Assembly (NCBI RefSeq): GCF_009914755.1
Contig: NC_060941.1
Length of the DNA: 64,000 nucleotides
Reading direction: 5' to 3' (one strand)
From: the human T2T-CHM13v2.0 reference genome, Homo sapiens
Part shown: piece after piece, positions 1-15,403 of the stretch
Position numbering within the stretch: the first letter of the stretch is position 1
Layout of the letters: each line of letters begins with the position of its first letter
The notes under the pieces: model-generated
Seen by the model: the letters and a program-made list of their open reading frames with translations, nothing else
What the model was told of the DNA's origin: nothing
Databases searched by the model: none
Program-made: the position numbers and the translations under genes

Positions 1-1120
1 AGTGGTGAGTGAATGTGAAGGCCTAGGACATTACTATACACTACTGTAGACTTTATAAATGCTGTACACTTAGGCAACACTACATTTATTTTTTAATAAT
101 AATTTTGTTTTTTGGGACAGGGTCTCGCTTTGTCACCCATGCTGGAGAGCAGTGGCAAGATGATTGCTCACTGCAGCCTTGACCTCCCAGGCCCAGTTGA
201 TCTTCCCATTTCAGCCTCCCGGGTAGCTGGGACTACAGGGGTGTGCCACCACACCCGGCTAATTTTTGTATTTTTTGTAGAGACAGGGTTTCGCCATGTT
301 GCCCAGGCTGGTCTTGAATTCCTGGGCTCCAGTGATCTGCCTGCCTCGGCCTCCCAAAGTGCTGGGATTGCAGGCGTGGGCCACCATGCCCAGCTTTAAT
401 AATAAATTAACCTTAGTTAACTGAAGGTTTTTATTTTGTAAATGTTTTAATTTTTAATTTTTTCAACTTTTTAACTCTTTCGTAATAAATAATACTTAGC
501 TTAAAACACAAACCCATTGTACAACCGTACAAAAATATTTTCTTTCATTCTATCTTTATAAGCTTTTCTCTATTTTTAAAATTATTTATTTATTTTACTT
601 TTAAAACATTTTTGGTTAAAAATGAAGGCACAAACACACACCTTAGCCTAGGCCTACACAGGGTCAGGATCATCAATATCACTGTCTTCCACCTTCACGT
701 CTTGTCCCACTGGAAGGTCCTCAGGGGCAATAACACACAGGGTGCTATCATCTTCTATGATAACAACGCCTTCTGGAATAACTCTGAAGGGCCTGCCTGA
801 GGCTATTCTATAATTAACTTTTTTTAATAAGTAGGAGTACACTGTAAAATAATGATAAAAAGTATAGTAAATGCATAAACCGATAACACAGTGGCTCATT
901 ATCAAATATTATGTACTGTGAATAATGGCATGTGCTGTACTTTTATATGACTGGCCCCACAGTGGGCTTGTTTACACCAGCATCACCACAAACATCCGAG
1001 TAATGTGTTGCACTCAGACATTAGGGTGGCTACCTAACATACAATTTTGCAGCACTATTACAATCTCATGGGACCACCTTGTAGCATATGTAGTAGGTCA
1101 TTGACTGAAATGTCAACTGT
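1..1120. mobile_element. Tigger3/MER7 (Golem)-type TcMar DNA transposon, interrupted by an AluJ
   Basis: Family motifs 'ctactgtagactttataaa', 'tagcctaggcctacacagggtcaggatcatcaatatcactgtcttccacc' and 'tttacaccagcatcaccacaaaca'. Runs off the window start. Confidence 0.8.
106..395 (-). mobile_element. AluJ
   Basis: Full-length antisense Alu with J-type features. TSD about 'ttaataataa' on both sides. Confidence 0.9.
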
Positions 1121-1539
1121 ATTGATATTTCAACCTCTCTGCTTCCTTCCTTCCTCTCTTCCTCTCTTCATTCCATTGTTCCTTTCTATCTTTTGTTGGA
1201 TGAAACTTACTTTAACGCTAATGATAAATAAATGCAATGATAGATGACCTTCTTGTCTTGACTGTTTTATTGAAATTCTTCTAGTGTTTTATTGTTATAT
1301 TTTCTTTTATTATATGTTTGATGATTGTATCTGTTTCCATTTGATCTTCAAGAACATTATTTATTTACTGATTTCTACATTTATCATCTTATTCCTAATT
1401 TTTTTTCCCTTGGCATTCTGAGTGATTTCTGTTTTAGGTTAACCTAGACACTAAGGATGTACAAATCAAGAGACAAACCACGTCTCTCTGTCTCTCCAGT
1501 ACCAACCTCTGTATTCCTATTGCCTTCTGGGTATTGTTA

Positions 1540-1730
1540 TTTGATGTCCTCTAGATAACTCAAGCTTGATGTGTTCAAAACTGAACTCTTTTCTTTTCCA
1601 AAACAAACAAACAAACAAACAAACAGAAAACTCCTCCTCTGTGTGCTAAGCAGAGGTTGATGATTCATCTGGTCATCTAAGCGAGAAACCTCAGAGTCAA
1701 TGTTGGCTTCATCTTTTTCCTCCCTCTCCT
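1540..1730 (+). mobile_element. L2 fragment with internal (CAAA)n
   Basis: 'gtgttcaaaactgaactc' and 'gagaaacctcagagtca...tccctctcc' resemble L2. Confidence 0.6.
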
Positions 1731-2174
1731 TTTCACGTATGATTGGAATGCAAGTGTTTTTGTTGAACAAGGTCCAAAGAGTGGAACAGCAAATTAGAAG
1801 CTTTCATGTGCAAGTTGCTATGAATGATGTGAAATAAGATATGGTCCCCACATTTGTAGTAGTAAGAAAGGAAACTGCTATTTCAAACAAAAACTGATAG
1901 CAGACAGTTCTACAGAAAAGTTACAAAACTGATTTTCAGGGTAGATAACATTATTGTTTAGGAAAACACCTGATGGAACTTTTTGGCTGAGAAAGGCACA
2001 GCTGAGATGTGGTAGACAGAGAGAGAGCTGAACTTCTCTGTGGAATAAAGTGAGAAGACTTGAGTTTCTGCAGAGAATCAGTGTGAAGGGGATGGGTGGC
2101 AATCAGAGATGACAGAGATGTAAGGATATATGAGAAGGAATTAGGGAGAAAAGAGGGCTTAAAAAGACAGCAGT

Positions 2175-2502
<328 letters not shown>

Positions 2503-2534
2503 CGGCAGTAAGCCAGAATCAAAGGATAGAAGAA

Positions 2535-2538
2535 TTTC

Positions 2539-2582
<44 letters not shown>

Positions 2583-2586
2583 TCCT

Positions 2587-2663
<77 letters not shown>

Positions 2664-2684
2664 TTCTTTTCTTTCTCTTTCTTC
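2535..2684. repeat. Compound (TTTC)n-(TC)n microsatellite
   Basis: Seen directly. Confidence 0.95.
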
Positions 2685-3219
2685 CTAGGAAAAATTCTCT
2701 GTCGTGGGGAGGGCCTGGGGACTTTCGGACCCTGCTGTCTCGTGTTCACTCCCAAGTTGTTTGCTCTACAACCTTGTTAGCCCTTCTATGACTCCCGTAA
2801 AAATATACTATCCCTAACAGCCTGTGTAGATGGTGTTGAAGGAAACGAAGGGTGAGGGCAATAAAAAGAAGTACAGCCTCCTCCACATCACCCCTCCCTG
2901 AGGCCAGCGTGGCTGGTAGCAGCACCGCATGGAGGAAGGACAGTTTAGGACTGTGCCCTTGAAACAAAACCCCCTTTCCTCAAGGATACCAGAAAAAAAG
3001 TGACATTTGAAAGGGGGCAGGCAGACACTTGGATTGCACTTTCACTCTAGTGCACTTTGTAACTGTGTTACAAAGCAGTGTCAGCTAGGTGCCACAGAGT
3101 GGTACATGCAAAAGACAGTTGGAGTTCATTAGAGGAAAACAGAAACACTGAAAATCACCAGGTCTGGGGAGGCCTTTGATATTCATGAAAATGGAGTGAG
3201 ATAGAAGTATCTGAATAAT

Positions 3220-3382
3220 GCCAGGTGCAGTGGCTCACACTTGTAATCTCACCTACTCAGGAGGCTGAGGGAGGAAGATCATTTGAGCCCAGGAGTTCAA
3301 GGCTGCAGTGAGCTATGATCACACCACTGCATTCCAGCCTGAGTGACAGGGCGAGACCCCATCTCTAAAAAATAAAATAAAA
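3220..3382 (+). mobile_element. Free Alu monomer (FRAM/FAM-like)
   Basis: Single arm with 'ggctgcagtgagctatgatc' and an A-rich tail. TSD about 'atctgaata'. Confidence 0.8.
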
Positions 3383-4434
3383 TCTGAATATAAATAACAA
3401 AAGCAACGTGCACACCAACAACACAAACACAGATCAATGGGCTACGAGTTACTAAACACTATAACAATGGCTTTGGCAAGTTTAAGAGCACATTTTAAAA
3501 AGTAACACAACACTCAATATTTGCTGATTAAATGCATGAATGAAGAATCTGCTTAAAGTAATTCAGAATGGGAAGGTGATAAATGAACCAGTGTAGCTGA
3601 TCAAGTGGGAAAGATTGTAAAATAAAGGAATGAATGGCTTACAAGGAATATTTGAGATCTTGAATTAGTATGTGTACTGAAAAATAAATTTGGCTAATGA
3701 AGAAACAAGCCGCATAAACACTAGGGCATCTAATTACTTTACCAACATCATGTACGTGGTACTAGCCAGGTCAAGGTCAATTGATGAAAAGATCAACCGA
3801 GGGGGAAAAACCTTAGAAAGATTCTTAAATTCTGCACTAAAGAGCAGTAAAGACAGAATTGGAGGGTTTGAATCCAAACGCCACTGCAACTGCCTCCTGA
3901 TTCATTCTGATCATAGGTGGCTACTCCGAGTATATTAAAGTAACAGAGAAAAACCTGTGCAGGAGGGGGTGTGTGTGTGTTTGTGTGTTGTGTTCACATG
4001 TGTGTTTGGGGTTTGGGTCTGTGTGCTGTAACAGGGATGGGGGAGGATAATACGAATGAAGGTCTAGGGGACATTTTTGAGTGAAACTTTGTGATTAACA
4101 AAATAAAAATTGGAGCGCCCAACTGTACTTTGTATAATCCTGGCCTAAAATTTTGTTCTTGTAAATAATAATATTGGCTTTTCATATGACAAATACATGG
4201 GACGTGGTGAGTTGAGTTAGAATGGTTAAACACATGGTGCTAATATTCCTGAGTATTTAAAGAAAAGAATCAGACCCCAGGCCAACAATTATTTCTCTGC
4301 TACAGTCTTCACATGGGCCAAATGTGTGGATGTGAGTTGGGGGAGACTGGCGGAGGACACGTTTGTGGCAGAGATCACAGATGGGCTGAGCAGTTTGACT
4401 GCTGGCGAAGGGCTACACTTCCTAAGGCAAAGGG

Positions 4435-4615
4435 AACATTTGCTGAGAGCTGTGTGCCATGTAGGCAGTTGATCTGGACCGTCTTATAGATTCTCACAAG
4501 CAACTGAGGCGGGTGCAATTATCTTCATTTAACAGACAGCAGACTGAGGGTCTGAGAACTTACACAGTGGATAAGGATTGGAACTTGGTTTAGATACCAG
4601 CTTTGTTCAGCTCCA
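4435..4615 (-). mobile_element. MIR
   Basis: Degenerate core 'attatcttcatttaacagacagcagactgagg'. Confidence 0.6.
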
Positions 4616-5127
4616 CAGTGAACCCTAAGTAAGGGTAAGGATTTCTTTTAACAATTTCGTATTGACCCTCAAGAATAAATAATCTTTTTGCGACTCTGAT
4701 AGCTGTTTGACACTAAGCAAAATTCCCCTAGAACAGGTGAAAGTTATCAACAAAGCCTGTGCTTTTTGGGGGCCTCTAGAGACAGACTCCTGCTTTGAAA
4801 AAAAATGTGTGTGAAATAAACTGAATCAACTCCAGATTCCTCCCAACCAGTACTACTCAACAGGCACCGGGGGAGGCACTCACTAAGGGTGAACTAAATC
4901 CCAGCTTATTTTTCCTCCTACGAGAAACAATTATATAAGAAAAGTATGAAGATAGTAATTACAAACTATATTAAAACTTTTGCTTATCAAAAGCCAGCAT
5001 AAGTAAGTGAAAAGATAAGTTGGTAATATATTTGCAACACATTAGCTAACAAAGATATACCACATGTAAAGAATGTCTATACATTAATAAGAAAAAGACA
5101 AACAATTCCATAGACAACCAGTAAAAG

Positions 5128-5292
5128 ATGGGCACTGTGGCATGCACCTGTAGTCCTGGCTACTCAAGATATTGAGGTGGGAGTCTCATTTGAACCCAGG
5201 AGCTTGAGGCTGCCGTGTGCTGTGATCGTGCCTGTCATAGCACTGCACTTCAGCCTGGGAAACAAAACAAGACACTGTCTCTTAAAAAAAAA
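5128..5292 (+). mobile_element. Alu right-arm monomer (FRAM/AluJ-like)
   Basis: Single Alu arm with A tail. Confidence 0.75.
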
Positions 5293-5316
5293 TAGTTGGG
5301 CAAAAGGCTGGAACAT

Positions 5317-5676
5317 TGTATTAGTCTGTTTTCACACTGCTATAAAGACACTACCTGAAACTGGGTAATTTATAAACAAAAGAGGTTTAATGGACTCACA
5401 GCTCTGCATGGCTGAGAGGCCTCAGGAAACTTACAATCATGGCAGAAGGCAAAGAGGAAGCAAGGCATGTCTTACATAGTGGCAGGAGAGAGGGAGGGTG
5501 GGGAAACTGTCACTTTTAAAGCATCAGATCTCATGAGAACTCACTCACTATCACAAGAACAGCATGGGGGAAACCGCCCCATGATCCAATCACCTTCCAC
5601 CAGGTCCCTCCCTCAACACATGGAGATTACAATTCTAGATGAGGTTTGGGTGGGGACACAGAGCCAAACCATATCA
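5317..5676 (-). mobile_element. MaLR solo LTR (THE1/MST-like)
   Basis: TG...CA ends ('tgtattagtc...gccaaaccatatca'). Perfect 5-bp TSD AACAT at 5312-5316 and 5677-5681. Confidence 0.92.
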
Positions 5677-6188
5677 AACATGTACTTCACAAAAGAACAA
5701 ATAGGACTGACTGATAAATGTATGAAAAAGATGCTCAATCTCATTGAAAATCAGGAAAATGCAAATTAAAATCACAAAGAGTTACCGTTTCACCTTTACT
5801 AGATTGTCAAAATATAAAAAGTCAAATAAAACCAAAAATTAAAAGAACATAGAGCAACTGAAACAAATACACACTGTTGGTGGTTGTGTACAACCATTTG
5901 GAAAACAATTTGGCATTATTTGGGAAGTTGAAGACGTACAAACTCTATAATCCAGCAGAAAGAAATCCTTGGAGAAATTCTTGCCATGTTACCTGGGGGC
6001 AGATACGGTAACGTTCAAAGCAGTATTGTTTGCAATAGCAAAACACTGGAATCAATCCAAGTATCTATCAAGAGACGGCTTGTTAAATACATTTCAGTAT
6101 AGTCAAGCAATGGAATATTAAACATGAGTGAATGTTGCAAACATGTTGAATGAAAGAAGTTGCAGAAGGGTACATACAGTATGATACC

Positions 6189-6511
<323 letters not shown>

Positions 6512-9079
6512 TGAAGCTCAAAACAAAAAACTGAACAGTGTAGTTTAGGTTTACATACTTACATAGACTTACGTAGGTGAGCCACATGTAACGAACATGC
6601 CAGTAAGGATAGTGCAGCCTGCAAGGTATAAGAGGAGAATTTGAAGTTGGGGAGGAATGCATAAGATTATTTGGTGGTGTGAGTGACTTTTTTCCTAGCC
6701 TGTGTTTTGGGTGCATAAGTTTTTATCTTACTATTCTTTTGCCTAATATACACTTTGTATAATTTTAAAACATGGAGAATGAAACAGTACTAAGAGCTTG
6801 GAAATGTACTGGCTTTAAGAGGAACTTCACTAACTTCTCCTCCTTATCAGTTAATATGCATTGAACACTTTTATGTTGCCTTATTGACTCCCTTTGGAAT
6901 GGATTTGTGGTGAATAAAGGATTAGACAGCAGCAGGTAAAATTGTTAACTGTTGGTAGATCAGCAGTTTGCTGCTGACATTTAAAAAGGAAAAGTTAAAC
7001 CTCAGGTTTGACTGACCCCTAAGTGTTCCATGGGCATTTCGGTGGTACCAGTATTAATGAAGATGTTTCTGAAAGTCCCTCTGTTAACAGAATCCTTGTT
7101 TCCAGAGATAGAAATCATGTTGGTGGCCTGGGGTTGGGCTCAGAGCCATGGATTCCTCTCCCTGTTTCCAAACCAGGCACTGTAGCCAGACATTCCCTTG
7201 CTCCCCTGAGATAAGTCTCGACTCCCCCAGTCTCTCGGCCTATTTGGGATCTAGGGACAACCTCTTGCTCAGGAATAGGGAGGTCCCATAGGGTGGTTGC
7301 CCTGCTGCTGCTCTGCCTTTCCTTCAGGGGGACATACGCCCGAGCTACTATTCTCGCTTCTCTTCCTGAAATTATCAAAGCCCCAACACTTGGGAAGATG
7401 AGGCTCTTTGAACTTCTTGCAGATCAAGCAGACTGGTACGAGTGCCAAGTTGCCTGAGTATTAATTACCCGAGCTAAGTCATGTGATTCAAGCTCTCACA
7501 ACTCTCAGGGTCCCCTGCGATACTTGCAAAATTATGAAATATTAGCTTCTTGCCACGTCAGATTCCTCAAACATTGGGATTTATAACGTCATTCTTGGGA
7601 GCTTTCTCCTGGGGATTTATTCTTTAATGTAGCTCATATTTTGAATGTCTTTACCAGCCTCAGTGACCAGTGAGAGGTATTAGAGGATGTGGAATGAGTG
7701 GAAATCTGAAAATGAAGAGGTTAGAGAGCTTTCCACTAATCATCACTGTAGATACCTTCACTTCTCTGAGTTACCTATATGTTGCTACCAATAAAAGTCA
7801 GTCTATTACATGTGTTGACATATATGATCTTTCCTGTTTACAGAAAAACTGAACGGAGAGTATAATTATCTCCAATTTAATAACAAAAGAAATGGAGGTT
7901 TAAATACATATTGGTCAAGGTCACAGAACCTGTAAAAACCTGAATCAGCTGCTGACTCCAATCCTCTAGGAAGCTGCCTCCAGTTGGAAATTGAAATGTC
8001 TTTTCAAGCAAGAACAGCTTCAGGCCCCAGTGGTAACGGTAAAGGTCATGTGACATGTTGCTCTGAAGATGCAACAACATTAGATTCTACTTATTTTCAC
8101 TGCTCTAGTTCAGTGTGTAGGGAATCTGTATTTCTGGAGGAACAATATTACTTTTTCATAACACATTTTCTGCACATTCACAGAGGCAGGGCTTTGCTGC
8201 ATCATAGAATCACAATTTAGGAGCCCATTTTTACCAAACAAGGCTTTGGGGGTGTTTATAGGGGTCCCCAAAATGTCTGAAACTAGACATGTCTCCATTT
8301 TTGAGCACACAGCTTTAAAAAAGCTAAGAGACTGGATGCCAAACTTCAGCCCAGAGTGAATTTTTACGACTTGCACTGTAAACCTATGAAATTAGGGGTT
8401 TAAAATGGAAATGCTGACACAATCTTTGCACTTCATAGAACATCAAGTGCTGGTGGGGGTAGTGCTCTCTGCTCACTGCTGCTGGCCCCTGCTGGGCTAG
8501 GAAACTTCCTGTCCAGCTTTCTTTACTTTGGGGCCTCTGGTTCTCTTCTAGACTTCTCCAAGCCTCCCTCTGGCCTGGCTAGAAAACACAGCTCAGATAT
8601 AAGCCCATCTGCAGATGTTCAGGGTCAGGCTCTGAACTGGCTGTGGAGTCCAGCCTGGGGAAGCTTTACTGGTTTCAAGCTCTCTGGTGCTGCCTTGGAC
8701 TGCTGGCCAGGACCTCCTGGCCTCAAACCTTCCGAGTGCCCCTGAAAGGCACTGCTTGGGGCTATGTTCCTTCTAGGGCCAGCGACCAGCTTCCTGTGAA
8801 CCCTTCTATGACTGCAGAATGGAACCATTCCTGAGGCATCCAGGGCTCCCGCTGGATTTACTAGTGGCTTTTGCTGAGTGCTGAGTTTATATCCTCCTGA
8901 AAGGAAAACCTCTATTAAAAACTTTTTCCTTCATGGCAGTAAAGTGACAGATGGTGATTGCTGTCTGAAAGTTACCCTAGATCAGCTTGGCTTCAAGCTT
9001 ACAGACTTTGAGTCTGACTGCCTGGATTCAAATCTTCCAAATACCTACCTCACAGGATTGTTTTGAAGATTAAATGAGG

Positions 9080-9403
9080 TTGGTTGGGAGTGGTGGCTCA
9101 CACCTGTAATCCCAGCACTTTGGGAGGCCAAAGCAGGCAGATCTCCTGAGATCAGGAATTTGAGACCAGCCCGGCCAACATGGTGAAACCCTGTCTCTAC
9201 TAAAAACACAAAAATTAGCCAGGTGTAGTGGCAGACGCCTGTAATCCCAGCTACTCAGGAGGCTGAGGTGCAAGAATCGCTTGAACCCGGGAGGTGGAGG
9301 TCGCAGGGTGCCAGTGAGCTGAGATCATGCCACTGCACTCCAGCCTGGGTGACAGAGCAAGATTCTGTTTCAAAATAAATAAATAAATAAATAAATAAAT
9401 AAA
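9080..9403 (+). mobile_element. AluS with (TAAA)n tail, inserted in a MIR-like remnant (~8970-9460)
   Basis: Alu dimer. Flanks resemble MIR. Confidence 0.9.
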
Positions 9404-9609
9404 AGTGATATATGCAAAGTGTGCGACACGCCCTAGGCAAGTATTGAGTGAAGGTAGTGGTCTTCTATCTTGAAGCAAGAGACAGGGTACGGAACTGAGA
9501 GGACTGGTTCTGAGAGGCCTGCACATGAATGAACCTAAGGGAGAGAAGAATGGAAATTGATGACTTCAAAATAAAATTGTATTTGCACAGTGCTTCCTAG
9601 TGTATAATC

Positions 9610-9770
9610 TCATAATTTAATCAGAGCACCCCTCTAAGGAAGATGATCTCAATTTTATAGACTGTGGCTCAGAGAGGTTAAGCGTCTTGGACAAGGTCAT
9701 GCAGGGAGTAAATGAAAAGCCAGGGCTTGAACCACGTCCTGATTCTAAGTTTGGTGCTCTTTCCACGACT
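9610..9770 (-). mobile_element. MIR
   Basis: 'actgtggctcagagaggttaagcgtcttggacaaggtcatgcag'. Confidence 0.75.
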
Positions 9771-9839
9771 TCACAGATTTCTTCTGTTTCATAGATTTCA
9801 TGATAAACTAGAAGGTGTGGGAGTAATAGTGAAGTCCTT

Positions 9840-10145
<306 letters not shown>

Positions 10146-10306
10146 GTGGAGTCCTCATTACCTTATGGGTTCTTAATTTTAAAAGACTGATTTTATACCT
10201 TCAAAAAAATGACTCATTATTTAAAGAAAGTGTATTCCATTTCTTTATCACTAAGGACTCCAGAACATGTAACTTGGAGTTAGTACAAGTGAGGCTCCAA
10301 TGAGCA

Positions 10307-10620
10307 TTTTTTTTTCTTTTTTTTTTTGCGACAGAGTTTCACTCTTGTCGCCCTTGTCGCCCAGGCTGGAGTACAATAATGCAGCCTCAGCTCACTGCAA
10401 CCTCCCCCTCCCAGGTTCAAGCAATTCTCATGCCTCAGCCTCCCGAGTAGCTAGGATTACAGGTGCCCACCACCAAGCTTGGCTAATTTTTGAATTTTTA
10501 GTAGAGACAGGGTTTCACCATGTTGGCCAGACTGGTCTTGAACTCCTGACCCCAGGTGATCCACCCGCCTCGGCCTCCCAAAGTGTTGGGATTACAGGCG
10601 TGAGCCACCACGCCCAGCTG
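10307..10620 (-). mobile_element. AluS (Sq-like)
   Basis: Full length. TSD 'tgagcat'. Confidence 0.92.
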
Positions 10621-10823
10621 AGCATATTAGTTTTAAAATGGAATTAAATTGAGTTTTCTAACTTAATTCCTCTTTCTTTTATACTTTCTCCAATTTTAGC
10701 TTCAGTAATTTTCTTTTTCTTGGAGATTCTCATAATACCTTTCCATCCATGGTCAGAATTTACTTGCAAAACAACAGAGTAAAACAGCATAAAAATAATG
10801 GAAGCTGCTTAAGTGTTTCATGG

Positions 10824-11171
<348 letters not shown>

Positions 11172-11866
11172 TTAAGTAACAAAACTCTAGTTTGCTACAG
11201 TCACAAAGGAAGGTGTGATGTAACCCAAGAACTGTCATTTCTTCTGCACGTTGGAGAAGACTTTTTCAGGTTGTTCTGTTCTCTTCCTAAAAAAAAAAAA
11301 AGGAAACAGAGAAATGGAGAGAAGATAAAAAAAAAAGCAAGAGACTAACAGATATCAAAGCTGTGCGAGAGAGAGTGGCTGTGGCATGTATTTTGCAGGG
11401 CGGAGAGTGAAAGAAAGTGAACTTTCATTTGTAACAGCTTTAAATGGTTCTGTTCAGGAGCAGATGGGGAACAATTTTGCTAGTGCTATGGAAATACAGT
11501 TCGAAGGACTGCAATCACAGACCAAACTCTCAGCAACTGCAGACAGAGAAGCTGAGAATTTTCTGTAAATAGTTAAAAGCATCTGGACAAGGTAGACCAG
11601 TAGGAACATAAGACAGCATGGAGCTCAGAAAGTCAGCAGTCAATGTACACAACAAAAGAGTCGGACCAGGAGAGAGACAACCCACCAGTTATTTAGTGTA
11701 AAATGATTGGTGCTTAATATTGAAACTGTATGATTGTATAAAAGAACTGATGATTATAGTTGAGTTTAGAGATTTATGTTTAAATTAAATAATAAAATAT
11801 AGCTTATTCTACAATGTACATTTTGTCCTATAATATACATTTTATTATATAATATACATTTAGTCA

Positions 11867-12287
<421 letters not shown>

Positions 12288-12447
12288 CTATTCATGATAC
12301 TCGAACCAAGTGGATTCCAGCTCCCAACTATAGGCTGGGATTTTGATGCCAAAAATTGGCAAGAAAGACAAAACAGCTGAGAATAGTGCCTGATGAAGGT
12401 GAACCACACTTGCAACTGCTTATATGTGGTCAGGTTTGTGTTAATGA

Positions 12448-12856
<409 letters not shown>

Positions 12857-13009
12857 TGATCTCAGACTCCTATGGTCTCACCATTATTCCTTTCCTAATA
12901 CATTCCATATTTTAGGCCATATATCTCCCCTGAGCCAGTCAGAGCTCAGTCTCTCCAGAAACACAGCTATAAACCAGGAAGAAAGGGAAAATGAAGGGTT
13001 AAGTAAAGA

Positions 13010-13265
13010 GAGAGAATGAAGCTTTATGTATCACCTGCTATGTGTCTAGAACTCTGTTATATACTTTATATATATTTCCTCACTTAATCTTTGTAACTGT
13101 ATGATATCAGTCTTATTTACTCTATCAGATGATGAATCTGAGGTTCAGAGAGATTGAACAACTTGCCCAAGATGACACAGCTAACAAGTAGAGGAGTTAA
13201 GATGCAGATTTGGGTCTGTCTGATTCCAAAACTCATATTCTTTCCACTGCACCACACTGCTTTCC
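13010..13265 (-). mobile_element. MIR
   Basis: 'cagatgatgaatctgaggttcagagagattgaacaacttgcccaagatgacacagctaacaag'. Confidence 0.85.
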
Positions 13266-13531
13266 AAAACTTTATCTGAATAATCAAGACTTGTATTGCA
13301 AAGTATGAACCCAAGGTATATGATGATTTATTTTACTCATATAGCTAGTCTAAAACCCTCACATAGAACTTGTGAGTCACAGTTGTCTGGTTCCTAAGCC
13401 TAGAGCTAATTAGAAAGAAGTAGCAAATTAAAAGATGAGGGAGGATTTTGTGAGCAAGTGCACTGACTACAGTGAGAAGAGGCAGATGGCAGCTTGATAG
13501 TAAGAAAAAAACCACATTCAAAAGCAGATAT

Positions 13532-13851
13532 GGCTGGGCGTGGTGGCTCACATCTGTAATCCCAGCCCTCTGGGAGGCCAAGGTGAGCAGATTGCTTGAG
13601 TCCAGGAGTTGCAGACCAGCCTGGACAACATGGTAAAACCTTGTCTCTACAAAAAAAATACAAAAATTAGCTGGGCATGGTGGCATGCACCTGTAGTCTC
13701 AGCTACTAGGGAGGCTGAGGTGGGAGGATCGCTCGAACCCGGGGAAGTTGAGGCTGCAGTGAGCTGTGATCATGCCTTTGCACTCCAGCCAGCCTGGGTG
13801 ACAGAGTGAGACCCTGTTTCCAAAAAAAATGAAAACAAAAACAAAAAAAAA
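13532..13851 (+). mobile_element. AluJ
   Basis: J-type 'gaggctgcagtgagctgtgatc'. TSD about 'aaaa(gc)agatat'. Confidence 0.9.
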
Positions 13852-14084
13852 GATATAAGAATAAAAGCATATAAAAATTAACAAAAGCTTCACATTAAGT
13901 GATATTCATACTAACAACTGCTATCATCTAAATAGTACCTACTAAGTGTCAGGCTCTGTGCTAGACACAATGATTTTTAAAACTCAGAGCATTTCCACTA
14001 TTATTTGTTCACAATGGGCCTCTGCATTAATTTCACTTGTAAAAAGAATTTTCGGGTGAACAGTACTTTAAAAAACTACCTTTT

Positions 14085-14272
14085 ATCACATAATTCTCAA
14101 ATCATCATTATGAAGTTTGATTCTAGCGCTCCCATTTTACAGATGAGAAATGGGAGCTGAAAAACATTAAGAAATTTGCCCAAGGTCACATAGCTATTAA
14201 CAGCAGGAGCCAATATTCCAACACAGGTCTGCTGACTTCGGAGTCTGTGTTCTTTCCACTGTCATGCTGCCT
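14085..14272 (-). mobile_element. MIR
   Basis: 'cccattttacagatgagaaa...ttgcccaaggtcacatagct'. Confidence 0.85.
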
Positions 14273-14538
14273 CCACATTTATAGGGATGGCGCTGAGTCA
14301 TTAAAAAAGGTTAACTTATAGCCCTTTAAGAAGCCAGGGAAATTACATTGCTTAAACTGGTGGAAAAGTGTACTTAAATGGCAAGCACCCAGCTACCTGG
14401 GAAACTGAGCTCTTTGGAATGTCCAGATACATAATAACAGGGGAGCTACCTACACCTTTCCCAAGTTTACCTTTACATGAGTGTAATTTTGTAATTGTCA
14501 TGTCTCTTTCTTGAAGATGTACTTACATAGTAAGCATA

Positions 14539-14808
14539 AGAATGATACAATTTTCAGTTGGAATGTGCATTGTCACACCTTCATGGCAATGACTTTGTTG
14601 AACCACCATTCATTAATAGAATCTGCACATACACATAATTTATAAAGTACTATTCATAAAAGCACATTTTGTGAATAACAATCTGTGGGCTGCAGAAGCA
14701 GTATCTTTCATGACATCTTTCTAATGATCTTGTCAGAGGGGAAAGTAGTTATAAATCATCCTTCAAATCCCTTAAAGGTTGAGAGGTAAGTAGTAACTAG
14801 TCATCTTC
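14539..14808 (+). repeat. Local direct duplication, copy 1 (~270 bp)
   Basis: Hand alignment to 15404-15670 gives 13 substitutions and 2 indels. Confidence 0.97.
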
Positions 14809-15403
14809 AGAACTCATTGGATTTACAAGTTTATCCTTGAATAGGTTCATGACTGAGAGTGGGCCTCATTAATCTTAATCATATCAATCTGAGTACCTAG
14901 TAAAGTTAGGTCAGCCATGGCTGCTATCAGAGACAGTCAGGACGTACTGCAGACAAGAATGCACTCAGTTCGTAGACACACATACCCAGGCCAGATAACA
15001 GCCAGGGATTTAGGAGAGATTCTCTGGAGACACAAGTAGTCTCCATAATGACAATAGCTAGAGAAAGGCTCCCAGAGCCAAACACACAGCTAATAAAACC
15101 ACTGAGGTGCAGGGTCAGACCAGACTTAAGCTCAGATTCATCCAGAACATTAATGGCTCTATTAAAAAAAATTCAACAGAAACCTTGTATGCAACAAGTG
15201 GCCAATTTGGGGCTTCCATGAGTAGACTGTGATTGTCCTAGGAGACAGGGCTGGATAGCATCAAGCTCAGGAAGAACTCTGCTCTGAGCCCTCCATTTTA
15301 GATGTGGGGAGATCACCACAAAATGCAGAATAAAAGGGAGGGGGGTAAGGAGAAACCACATCGTGTAGACAGATTTTTGCATTTGTTGGAGATGAGAGAG
15401 AAG

